Below, one piece after another: positions 52,021 through 64,000 of a DNA stretch of 64,000 nt (its first letter is position 1; each line of letters opens with the position of its first letter). The DNA is from Octopus vulgaris (Eukaryota): positions 21,452,001 through 21,516,000 of the forward strand of contig OX597824.1 in the NCBI GenBank assembly GCA_951406725.2. The letters run 5' to 3'. The translations under genes and the position numbers were made by a program. Under the pieces are notes generated by a model. It made no database searches. It was not told the origin of the DNA and was given only the letters and a program-made list of their open reading frames with translations.

Positions 52021-52820
52021 AGGTGGTGAAGCTGTGAATTGTTAGCACGCCAGGCGGCGAGCTAGCAGAATCGTTAGAAAGCCAGGCAAAATGCTTGACA
52101 GTATTTCATCTGCCATTACGTTCTGAGTTCAAATTCCACCAAGGTCAACTTTGCCTTTCATCCTTTCAGGGTCGATTAAATAAGTACCAGTTACGCACTG
52201 GGGTCGATATAATCAACTTTATCTGTTTGTCTGTCCTTGTTTGTCCTCTCTGTGTTTAGCCCCTTGTAGGTAGTAAAGAAATAGGTATTTCGTCTGCCGT
52301 TACGTTCTGAGTTCAAATTCCACCGAGGTCAACTTTGCCTTTCATCCTTTCAGGGTCGATTAAATAAGTACCAGTTACGCACTGGGGTCGATATAATCGA
52401 CTTAATCCGTTTGTCTGTCCTTGTTTGTCCTCTCTGTGTTTAGCCCCTTGTGAGTAGTAAAGAAATAGGTATTTCGTCTGCCGTTACGTCCTGACTTCAA
52501 ATTCCACGAGGTCAACTTTGCCTTTCATCTTTTCAGGGTTGATTAAATAAGTACCAGTTACGCACTGGGGTCGATATAATCGACTTAATCCGTTTGTCTG
52601 TCCTTGTTTGTCCTCTCTGTGTTTAGCCCCTTGTGGGTAGTAAAGAAATAGGTATTTCATCTGACGCTACTTTCTGAGTTCAAATTCCGCCGAGGTCGAC
52701 TTTGCCTTTCATCCTTTCGGGGTCGATTAAATGCACTGGGGTCGATGCAATTGACTTAGTCCCTTTGTCTATCCTTGTTTGTCTCCTCTACTGTTAGCCC
52801 CTTGTAGGCAATAAAAAATT
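52021..52820 (+). repeat. Tandem array of four family B SINE units (~184 bp)
   Basis: Unit boundaries at 52284, 52468, 52651 (aaagaaata|ggtatttc). Confidence 0.95.
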
Positions 52821-53694
52821 AAATGTATATACATAGAAAATAAAGGAAATCTCGAATGCAGGATAGATTGGAAAGCAGCTTAGAAAATCAGGTAAATGTG
52901 CTTAGAAGAACCCTGTACCTCTCAAATTCCAGTTGAGCACCCTGCATCATTAAGCCAAGCAACCTCTGACAACAAATGCTGTATTCTATAATGTGAAATA
53001 ATAGCTTTTGGAACTTGAGACCAGTTTTTATAAACAAACTTAGAAGTGCTGAGTGAGTTGGTATTTGACAGGAACTGATGGAGATCTTGAACTCACGATC
53101 GCTGTGACAACAGTTTAGAAGATTGGGTAAATTCTCTTACAGGACTGAAAAAAGTGGTCAGCAAATCTCTATGTAGAATTGAACCCTGTACCTTTCCAAA
53201 AGTGCAATATATCATCATCATCATCATTTAATGTCTGTTTTCCATGCTGGCATGGGTTGGATGGTTTGACTGAAAACTATTAAGCTGGGAAGCTGCACCA
53301 AGTTCCAATCTGATTTGGCAAGGTTTCTATGGCTGGATGCCTTTCCTAATGCCAACCACTTCAAGAGTGAAGTGGGTGCTTTTGATGTTCCCCCCACATA
53401 TGTGCACCAGTTATGTAACACCCACATCAGCCATGACTACAGTCTCTCTCACTTGGCTTGTTGGGTTTTCTTCTCAAGCACAGTATATTGCCAAAGGTCT
53501 CGGTCACTTGTCACTGCCTCTGTGAGGCCCAACATCTGACCAGTGCTTTTTACATTTCATTGGTATGGGTGCCAGTTAATGAACACTGACATCGTCTATG
53601 AGTACAGTTTCACTTGGCTTGATAGGTCTTCTCATATGTGTGTGTGTGTATATATATATATATATTTACACACACAGATGAACATGTGCTTGTG

Positions 53695-53748
<54 letters not shown>

Positions 53749-55146
53749 TGTACACAGACACACATTTTAGTTTATTTATATATACATAAGAACTACATAT
53801 ATATATATATATTCTTATGTATATATATATATATATATATATAAAAATGTGTGTATACACAAGCACATGTTCATCTGTGTGTGTAAATATATATATATAT
53901 ATATGTGTATATATATATGTATGTATGTATCTATAAGGAGTTACTTAAAGCTTGGATATACACCTGGTAGTATGCTAATTAAAGCACTTTCATTATTGTC
54001 TATGGCTACCTGTTGTCATCCTCAATATTGATATAAATGCCACTTGATCTACTTCAGGAATTCCTCAGTTTTTCTCAAGAATATACGAGTGAATTTGGTA
54101 AATGGAAAGTGTCTTAAACCCGGCATGTCTGTGTCTGTGTGTGCATGTGTATATGTGTATATCTGTATCTATCTGTAAAGATAGATCTATTTATATATAT
54201 ACATACATACTGTAGAATGCAAAATTCATTTATCTGAACAGCATGTAAGGGTTGGTGACAGGGAGAGCATCTGGCTTTAAAATCATTCTTAATCCTGAAA
54301 CGCATATCCATCCAACCCACGCTAACGTTAGAAAAACAGATGTTAAACAAAATAACAAATGAACAGATGGACTTGTGCATGATGAAAATGTCTTCAGAGA
54401 AAAACCCACTGGAAATATCTTCACAATAAGTGCAAGCATAAAAAAAACATAGTACCCCAATTGTTTCCATATTCCATTCTCTGTAGCTGAGAACAGCATG
54501 TATCCTTCTTGCAATATTTAAAAATATTACCATGTGTGACTCTCAATTTGTATCCCCCCCACTTGGCAGCTTTCTATCTCTCTCATCCTCTTTCTTTCTC
54601 TCTCTCTGTCACTTTCTCTTTGTCTCTTCCTCTTTATTTTTCCCACCCTGCCTCTATCTTCCCTTCTATTTCGTCCATCTTGTCGTTGTCTCTCCTACTG
54701 TCTGTTTCTCTGCAGCATTCGTATCCTGGTGAAAAACTCAGAAAATTCCAGCTAAGATAGCATCCTTCTTTGATTAGGTTTATTTCCTTCCGTCATTGTC
54801 AAATATTTTGCATAGTAATTGCATTAACTTTTCAAACCATTCAGACTTGTTGAGCTGTGTTGATATAGAGATGTGTAAGTCTGTGTATATATATATATAA
54901 TCATCATGATCATCATCGTTTAACGTCTGTTTTCCATGCTGACATGGGTTGGACAGTTTGACTGAGGCCTGGAGAGCTAGCAGCTGGCAATGTTTCTACA
55001 GCTGGATGCTCTTCCTAATGCCAACCACTCCAAGAGTACAGTGGGTGCTTTTTACGTGCCACTAGCACAGGGGCCAGTCTGGTGGGCCTGGCATTGATAT
55101 CTATCCATCCACCCATTGAGCTATCCATCTATCCATCTATATGCAT

Positions 55147-55186
<40 letters not shown>

Positions 55187-55259
55187 CAAATAACTTGTTA
55201 AAGAAAGGCAACAAAATCATTGAGTGCAGGAAGATTTCAAGGTCAACATAATTGGCCTT

Positions 55260-55623
55260 CATTCTGTACTGAGCTGGAACCTGAATTATGAAGGAAGGGC
55301 TTTCAGGTTACCTTGGTGGTATGTATGTGAAGCTCTCTTAGGGCTGAAAACATCTCATGGCATGAGTACAAGACCAACATGGACTAGGCTTTTCTGGCTA
55401 CTGCTATTGTGTTGAACACCAGACCATGTCAGATGTTGGATATGTGGAGACTTTTACACTTTAATAAAGGGTGAAGACCACTCAACTACATTGATGTTGC
55501 TGGCAGATACACATTACATGAAATTGAAGATCTACAAAAGCTGATAGGGGACAGAGATTCTTGGTGGGTCATCTTGAAATGCATCTTAGTTGTGACCAAT
55601 TGATGATGATGATGATGATGATG
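55260..55623 (+). mobile_element. Old RTE-like LINE 3' remnant
   Basis: Degenerate GFSGYC..RPLNYID..EDLQKL..DRDSW with (GAT)n tail; resembles 20370-20739. Confidence 0.5.
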
Positions 55624-57699
55624 TATTATGTCAAACAGTGTTGTGTATTCTCTAGGGTTAAATATTACTTAACTATTTGTCTAAAGTTTTTGATATTACC
55701 TTTGCTACTGGTGATAATGTTCTTTATTATCAATATGGCTTCCATCTGAGTAATAACTTATGAGAAAATACTGACTAACAATTGCGAAAAAATACTTACT
55801 TTTTAGTGATAATTTACTACAAGCCCAATAAGTTTTGTATTTAGGTGAAGCAGTGCTCAAGAATCTTTGAATTATTCAATTTTGGCAAAAGATTATTCAT
55901 GATAATTCATTTGTTGGAACTGGTTTGTAGATCTCGTGCCGTTTGGCTTGTTGGTTTGTTCAGGTGTCTGGAAAAAAAGTCTGTGTGTGTGTGGAGAGAG
56001 AAAGAGAGAGAAAACAGTTCTTGCCTGTTTGGAAAGATGATTGGTTCACAATTTTCCAGTGTCCTAAAAATTTTATGTCTGTATAATGAAACTAATTCTG
56101 GATGTCTGTTAATTAACTAGAATTTGGAAAATAAAATGTCAAGCGATTCAGACGTGGAAAATGACAGAATTTTATGTGTGGTGTATTGTTTTGCAAAGCA
56201 TAGTATTTTCCATTTCTTATCGAATGATACGTTGGCTAACTTTAAATTTGGAATATAATTCAACAACAATCCGTCTGCTCTTCTGTAGCAATTTCTAAAA
56301 GTATGTGTAGGTTGATAAAATATTACTTTTAAATGCATTGGCTGTTAAACTTACACAGCATGTTGATGTGAAATGTATGTTGGTAGTGTACAATAAAACA
56401 ATTCTTTGGTTTTACAATTACTCTCTTGGAGACAGTTGTTGCAATTTCGACAATTACAGTTAGCTATTGTCAAGTTAGAAGATTTTTGTTTTCGGTTTAG
56501 ATTGATTGGAGTTTTCTAACAGTTCTGAAAAACCATATGTAGTTGAATATAGACTTTTAATATCATTTTGGTTAGAAAAGAAATGTTTAACATAGCATTT
56601 GCAAAAAACCAAATAAACAAAATTAGCTTTGGGTGTTCATTCTCATAAATTATAGAGCAAATTGTGTTACATAACATCTCTTTCTACGTTTAAAAGGTGT
56701 TGGATTCATATTAATGTAGCTTTTTACCTTTTCTACTTGTCCATTTCATCTGATTCATAGTAATAGCTGATTGCATTGTTGAAAAATCTTCTCATTAGAA
56801 TATTAATTAGAAAATTGAATGAATTCGTTTTTAACTTAATTTCTATTTAAATTTAATATGGAGTGGTTCAATTACACTTTATAGCAATTTTTTTTTGTCT
56901 TTGGTCAATAAGTATTATTTCCTATTTGCTTCAGTCTAGGAATCAAAGGAAATGACTACTATTTCCTTCAAACTTTGCTTTTGTGACCAGACATCGATGT
57001 TTTCAAACTAACTTATTTTCCATTACATTTCTGACAGATTCAGCTCTGAGTTGCTGAAGCAGAAATATTGTTATAGCAAATACTCTGCTCAATACTACAA
57101 AGTTGCTTGTCAGTTGCTTGACCTAAACTACTTGAACATAGCTCTTAATGACTGACAATATATGCATCCTTGATCATGAGCAAAAGTAGTGGGGGAACAT
57201 CATAGCCTTACGATGAGAAGGATTTGGGGTTTGAACAAAAGCAAAGTTTGAAAGAAATATTACCCATTTTTCATACTTTCTAGAGTTAAGCAAATAAGAA
57301 ATAACAGTTCCTATCTAAGAACAAAAATTGTGTTAGTGTAATTTGTGAGTATATTGTAATATTGCATTTAATTTTTTTCTTATGTCGTACATATTGAGAA
57401 TTATGAAGGTTATCAAAGTTAAAGGAAACATCTAGAACATTTGAATTTTGAGTTGGGTTCCAAGTGTATTTGTGAACCCTAAGGTTTTAAAGAAATTATG
57501 GAAAGTATCACAGAATCTATCAGTAACTTGTTGATTAAAGTTACATAATAATGATAGATCATCATCATAATATAAATTTCCAGATGTTTGGGAATCTCAT
57601 ATGCAAGTCATTTAGGTGTTCAAAATATAAACCATAGCAAGGCATTTAACTCATGCCAACATCAAGGGAAATATGTAAAATGATTATGACATACATATA

Positions 57700-58111
57700 A
57701 GTGTAGGAGTTGCTGTGTGGTAAGTAGCTTGCTTACCAACCACATGGTTCTGGGTTCAGTCACACTGCATGGTACATTGGGCAATTGTCTTCTACTATAG
57801 CCTTGGGCCAACCAAAGCCTTGTGAGTGAATTTTGTAGACGGAAACTGAAAGAAGCCCATCGTATATGTGTATATATATGTGTGTGTATGTATGCTTGTG
57901 TGTCTGTGTTTGTCCCTCCAACATCGCTTGACAACCGATGCGGCTGTGTTTACGTCACCGTAACTTAGCGGTTTGGCAAAAAGGGTCCGATAGAAAAAGT
58001 ACTTGGCTTACAAAGAATAAGTCCTGGGGTTGATTTGCTCGACTAAAGGCGGTGCTCCAGCATGGCCGCAGTGAAATGACTAAAACAAGTAAAAGAGTAA
58101 GAGTAAAGAGT
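57700..58111 (+). mobile_element. SINE family A, full length
   Basis: Head gtgtggtaagtagcttgc to (aagagt)n tail. Confidence 0.9.
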
Positions 58112-58834
58112 ACATACACGATATGCATACACATGTGCACACGTGCACATGAACCTACCCACTGGCACATGCACACCCACAAACACACACACATATACAC
58201 ACACATGCATGCACTCACACACACACACAGGTAAAACATTTAGCTGTGAAACAATGCCTCAATAATATACTCCTCTAACTCATGCTAGCATAGAAGAATG
58301 GACATAAAAATAAAAAATAAAAAAATGAAGTGAAGTGAATTAAAAAGCAAAAGTAAATCTTAGATCTATCTGTGTAAAAGAAATAAAATGTGTGTTTATC
58401 AACGTGTAGCCTTCCTAAATATCTACATGTTTCTACAACTAGTCAGTTCTTAGCCAATGTCAGAAGGGGTAGATTCCCGTAAAGCCTTAATATAATTAGC
58501 TGTCAGTCATTAGGAATTGAATACAAAATGATTGGAGCATATGAAAGGAATAAAGCGAAGGTGTTTTATGCAAGCAAAAAAAATCTTCAGTCTTAGAGAA
58601 ATGGGGAAAATGCGTCTATAATAAAACTGGGCAGATTCTTCTGGGAAGGCTATGAAGTAATTTCTGGATATTTGGGCATATGTGCATGTGATTGTGTTTA
58701 GGTGTGAAGATAGATATGTATGTGTATGTGTATGTGTATACACACATAAAAAAAACACACACACACACACACGTGACTTTGAAGATTTGCTGGCTGAAAC
58801 TTCAAAGTCTCTGTCAACAACATTCTTATATAAG

Positions 58835-58917
<83 letters not shown>

Positions 58918-60733
58918 CGTATATATATGAAAGGTTTGAAAATGCAAATCCATGTATATATATTAGCACTAACCGATAGTGGCTGCTGCCAGCCTCTCCT
59001 GGTACCTGTGCCAGTGGCACGTAAAAAGCACCCACTACACTCTCAGAGTGGTTGGCATTAGGAAGCACATCCAGCTGTAGAAACACTGCCAGATCAGACT
59101 GGGGCCTGGTGCAGCCTCCTGGCTTCCCAGACCCTGGTCGAATCGTCCAACCCATGCTAGCATGGAAAACGGACGTTAAACAATGATGATGATGATGATG
59201 ATATATATATATATGTACATTTGTATTTATGGTGAGTATGTGTGTGTATACATACATACATACACACCCACCCACACATACTCAAATACACACACACACA
59301 TCAATACATACCCATATATATAAATAGAAAACATGAATCTAATATTAATATACTCATGCTATAATTTAACAGTTCTAGTTCAAAACATTATTTGAGTCAG
59401 TTTCTAAATACATAGCAAATGACATCTCCCAATCTAAAAAAAACAAACAAACAAAACCCCCACGAAACCCCCACCCCACCCCACCAAAAAAAGTACGGAA
59501 TGCTATTAAACAACTATTAATTAAAGCATTAATTAAAGCAAACGATGATATAACATGAAATAAATGCATACAAATAGAGAAGGTAAAGAAAAGGGAATTT
59601 GACATGACTGCGACATAAGACATACAATTTTGAAGCCCAACCAGTAACAATACATTTGACCTACAGGTATGAACTTATAGCAGAGAACAGCAATCCACAA
59701 CTAACTTTATACATTAATTAAACTGATTATTTATAGTCACTTGATTAATGGTATTTTAAAAGGATAAACATGAATTTTTGTTCAGCTTACCAAGAATTAT
59801 TTTAAAATCTGTTTTAGAGTTTATTGTGAAATATAGTAATTAATCTAATTTTAAAATTAATTTGTGCGTGCGTTATTCTGTTTTCTCTGTAGATTTACTA
59901 GAATAATTTTGTGCGATTCATTTTTAATTTTATTTCGATTGATTATAGGTTTTATTTGTACAACAAAGACACAAATAACGTTTCTTAATAAAGTTTAAAA
60001 ATCTGATTGTAGGAAATTATAAAACAAAACAATTTCGCCTCTTCAAAACCAAAAAACACAAAAGACCCCAAACTTACATTTTCAAACATTAATTCAACAT
60101 TATCAATAGATTTTTCTAAACAACCAAGTTTATGACTGTTGGTAATAATTTAGTTTTATATGCTTAATAGAATAGAACAATGTATTGCTCCAAGTTCTAT
60201 AGACAAAGAAACTCCCCCCCAAAAAACCAAAAACAAACAAAAAGTATTTAGTTGTTTATGTTTGTAATTGCTAATGAGTATTCTAGTACTAACTCAGGAT
60301 GAAACTATTTTTTCAGTGTTCATATACTGTATTGTGATGAAATTGTTCTCAGTGGCACACATACACACATATTGAGTAAAAATTATTGTGATTTTCACAT
60401 GCACATACACATGTATGTAGTGACTACAAAAGAACGTTGCAAGCCTAATACATCTGATAAATTCATTGCCCTCGATGATAGAAGGGTGAAACTAACAAAT
60501 GTAGTGCGATCAAATATTGTTTTTGTTTTTCTTCTTTTTTTTTTCCTGGCCTGTTTAATATCCCCTTACATGAGTAAATTATATATGTCACAATGACTGT
60601 GTTGAATCTTGGTCTGCAAAATATATAAGGAAAAGGCTGTAGCTGTGTGTGCGTGTTAGTGTATGCATATACATACACATATATATGTATATTTATATAC
60701 GTGTGTGTATATGTATATATTTATATATCTATC

Positions 60734-60782
<49 letters not shown>

Positions 60783-60897
60783 GTATATATATATTTATAT
60801 ATATATATGTATGTATATATATATTTATATATATATATGTATGTATATATATATTTATATATATATATGCATGTATATGTGTATGTATATGTGTATG

Positions 60898-60957
<60 letters not shown>

Positions 60958-62990
60958 GCACACTTATAGACCATCATGCATACACATATACATACATGCA
61001 CACCAACATACATGTGAGCTCACAGCATATCAAACTTCGAAATTTGTTTCATCCTTCCCTCAGTCACAATGGAAAATATTAGATATTAGCCTTGCATAAA
61101 TTCTTTTGTAAACTTGTGTTATTATGTATGTGTGTTTGTGTGTCTAAGAGAAGCTGCACTCTCTCTCTCTATATATATATATATATGTGTGAGCATAATG
61201 AAATTGCACCTCAGTATCAAAGTGACCCAGTGACCCAAGTGATTGAAGCATTTTACTAGGGTGCACCAGTGTTATATTTTTATTTATATTATCATTTTTA
61301 TTTTTTATTTTTTTTTTTTTAGTTCATTGAAATGTGACAAATTTTTTTTATTGGTTGAAATGAAAAAAAAAAATGTCAAGGTGTAAGAAATGGAATCACC
61401 AAATTCTATAGTCATAATTACATGGAGAAGAACACTAAAAATCATTTTTATAGAAACAGAACATTGTTTAATGTGACGCACATGCATGATTATTTCTTCA
61501 CACTGCATTCTTCTCTGTGTCACATGCAATATAATTGGTGTAAAAAAAAATGAAAAAAAAAAAAGAAAAACGTCCCTTCAGCAATTATAGAACTGAGTAG
61601 CTAGCTATAATTTTTGCCTTTGTTGATCGATTACTCATTGATATTATATAATGTTTCTTTTTTGTAGCTATTTGGTATTCAAGCAAGCTATAGATATTTT
61701 TAGTCAACAATAATGCTTTATTTCTGTTAAATATTTCCTTCCTGCTATCTGAAATTAAAGTAATCTTCCTGTCCTTTATAATTCTTGTTTTATAACTCGG
61801 CACTTTAAAAATTTTTTTTTTGTAATTATTACAGATTTTCATTTAAGTTAGTAACATAATTTATATTGTTTGTTTCAAAAATACAATTCATTTTGTTTCA
61901 ATTTTGAAAAGAAAATGAGTAAAACCTTTTAATTTCTTTTAAAATTTATTTAAAAATATATCTGACATATATTTTTTTTAATATTAAAAAAATGAAACTG
62001 AATGTACCAACCTAAGCAATTTATACATCTAGTTGGCATAATCTTATTGCTTTGTATTTAATTTGGTCTATGCTAATGAATTATGCTAATGAAAACACAA
62101 AAACTGGATTTAATAATTGACATTTACAGATGTTAATTAATATCAGTTACCAATTAACTTCTAATTACCAATTAAATCACAATTGTTCCATAAAGAATAT
62201 TTCATATCCATATTCTTTAACTTTTGCAATGCAGTTCTCACTTTAATTCTGTTTAAAATAGGTTTCGTCTTTATGTAGAGCATTTGTTAATTTCAGCATT
62301 TACATCGACTGGATTCATTATTTGTGTCATAATATTTATTAAAAATATTACAGGAAGTATTTTCTCTGACATGTCCATCTGCTGTGTACAACAAACTAGT
62401 TAATATGTTTCATCAATTCTTAATTGTTATAATTTTTTTTTACAGTTATATTTATTCAAATTTAAATGATTTAAATTTAAGTGTATACTGTAGCTTCAAA
62501 TGATTAATATCACAACTTGATTATTTAATTAGTACACAAAATTGATTATATATATATATATACACACATACATACATCCATACATTTATATATAAACATG
62601 TATATATATCCATACATGTATGGATTTATATATATATATATATAAATATAAATTAGAAAAAAACACCTTTTATCAATTCAATAATGAAAAATTAAATTAT
62701 ACCATTTAAAAAATTACATATTATAGAAAGATTAAATATAAGATAAAACATATAACGATGATTAAGTAATGGGCAAAATAATAAATAAAACGTATATATT
62801 TGGTAGAATAACGACACGTGTTTCGTGGCTATATTTAAGAAATGATAATAGTAAAAATAATAGTAGCAGTAGTAAAATCACTTCAATATAAATACAGCCA
62901 CTCTTCAGGTTAAAGATAACAACAATAATAAAATAATTAATTAGATAAATTAATAAATATATGTAAATAATCTTGTAAAATATATATATA

Positions 62991-63153
62991 TAATCAGAAA
63001 ATGGAGAAAACTTTTGATCAGCAAACAAATTGGACCACATCTGTAGATTATCTTTTAATAAAGAAATGTTATGTCATGTTTTGTATTAAAAAATAATCAA
63101 CCAATGTGGTTCAATTTGTTTGTTGATCAAAAGTTTTCTCCGTTTTCTGATTA
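62991..63153. repeat. 163-nt hairpin (50-bp outer arms, 15-bp inner arms)
   Basis: 62991-63040 vs 63104-63153: 47/50; 63046-63060 vs 63084-63098: 14/15. Confidence 0.9.
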
Positions 63154-64000
63154 TTTAAACTTGATTCCTGATAAACTTTTGTTTATTCTGTGGTTACCTG
63201 TACCCTGTGAGCATAGTGTGCCTACATACCCATGCCCAGGGATAGCACAGGTAAATGATACTGATAGTAAGGATGGATACTATAAGGACAGTTATTACAA
63301 CCACTAACTCTGCTTATCTTTTGTGTGTGTGTGTGTGTGTTTTAATTAGACAATGATAGATAGTTATTTTCCTATACATCAGCCATTTAAATAATTTGAT
63401 ATTAAAATTTAGTGTAAAGTAAATAAAGTTAATGGTTCTTCCAGCAGGTTTCCTGATGAGTATTTTAGGTGTTTGATCACACAACAGCGTATGCATCTTA
63501 TTTATGTACAGATGGTTGAGTATTCCACAGATAGCCGTACTCTTAATTTAATTCGCAAGCAGTTTCAGTGTGACACTGTGTTTGAGAAGGCTGGGCATTT
63601 GAATTATAAGATCATTTCATCTGCTAGATTTGTGTGCACAATTTCTGTTGGCTCCGTTTCACTCACAAGGTTTTGAACCAACCTAAGGCTATAGTAAAAG
63701 ACATTTACCTAAGATTCCACAGTGGGATTGAACCTGAGATTCATTATTGTGAAGCAAACTTCTTAACCACATGACCATACCTGCACCCACTTTTGTATAC
63801 ACACACACAGACACATGATATGTCATGTGACATACATTTCTATGGTGTCACATGTTTTTATGCTAACAGTTTTTGGCTCAGAAACGTTTTTCAAGAAGAA
63901 GGGTGTTCTACTTCCCTACTTCCAAAGAAGTGTGCTTTATCCCATGTGGAGGAATACACCCAGGTACTTTAACTATTAAAATAGCAGTATACAACACTGT

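Noticed and set aside
52284-52820. Repeat array as CRISPR-like
   Set aside because: Eukaryotic SINE units with no unique spacers

Overview
AT-rich animal genomic DNA, very likely Octopus or another coleoid cephalopod (inferred from the SINE repertoire and microsatellite load). The whole window appears to lie inside one + strand gene encoding a BRSK1/2 / SAD-1-type AMPK-related Ser/Thr kinase. Three clear coding exons (13143-13211, 15475-15621, 18745-18779) encode kinase subdomains IX-XI. They are preceded by >13 kb and followed by >45 kb of intronic sequence packed with tRNA-derived SINEs, truncated LINEs (CR1-, RTE- and R4/Dong-like), non-autonomous Helitrons, a Tigger remnant, foldback elements and microsatellites. 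Almost all ORFs in the supplied track are microsatellite or SINE artefacts. Two observations stand out. (1) The giant phase-2 intron between the kinase domain and the expected UBA exon holds a series of short, 3n-length candidate cassette exons (39, 45, 51, 36 nt) that are open in phase 2 and sit in repeat-poor islands. (2) Several hammerhead-ribozyme-like motifs occur, including a head-to-head pair forming a 132-bp palindrome whose antisense copy is intact and whose sense copy is mismatched. SINE family letters A-E are my own labels, and repeat boundaries are approximate.
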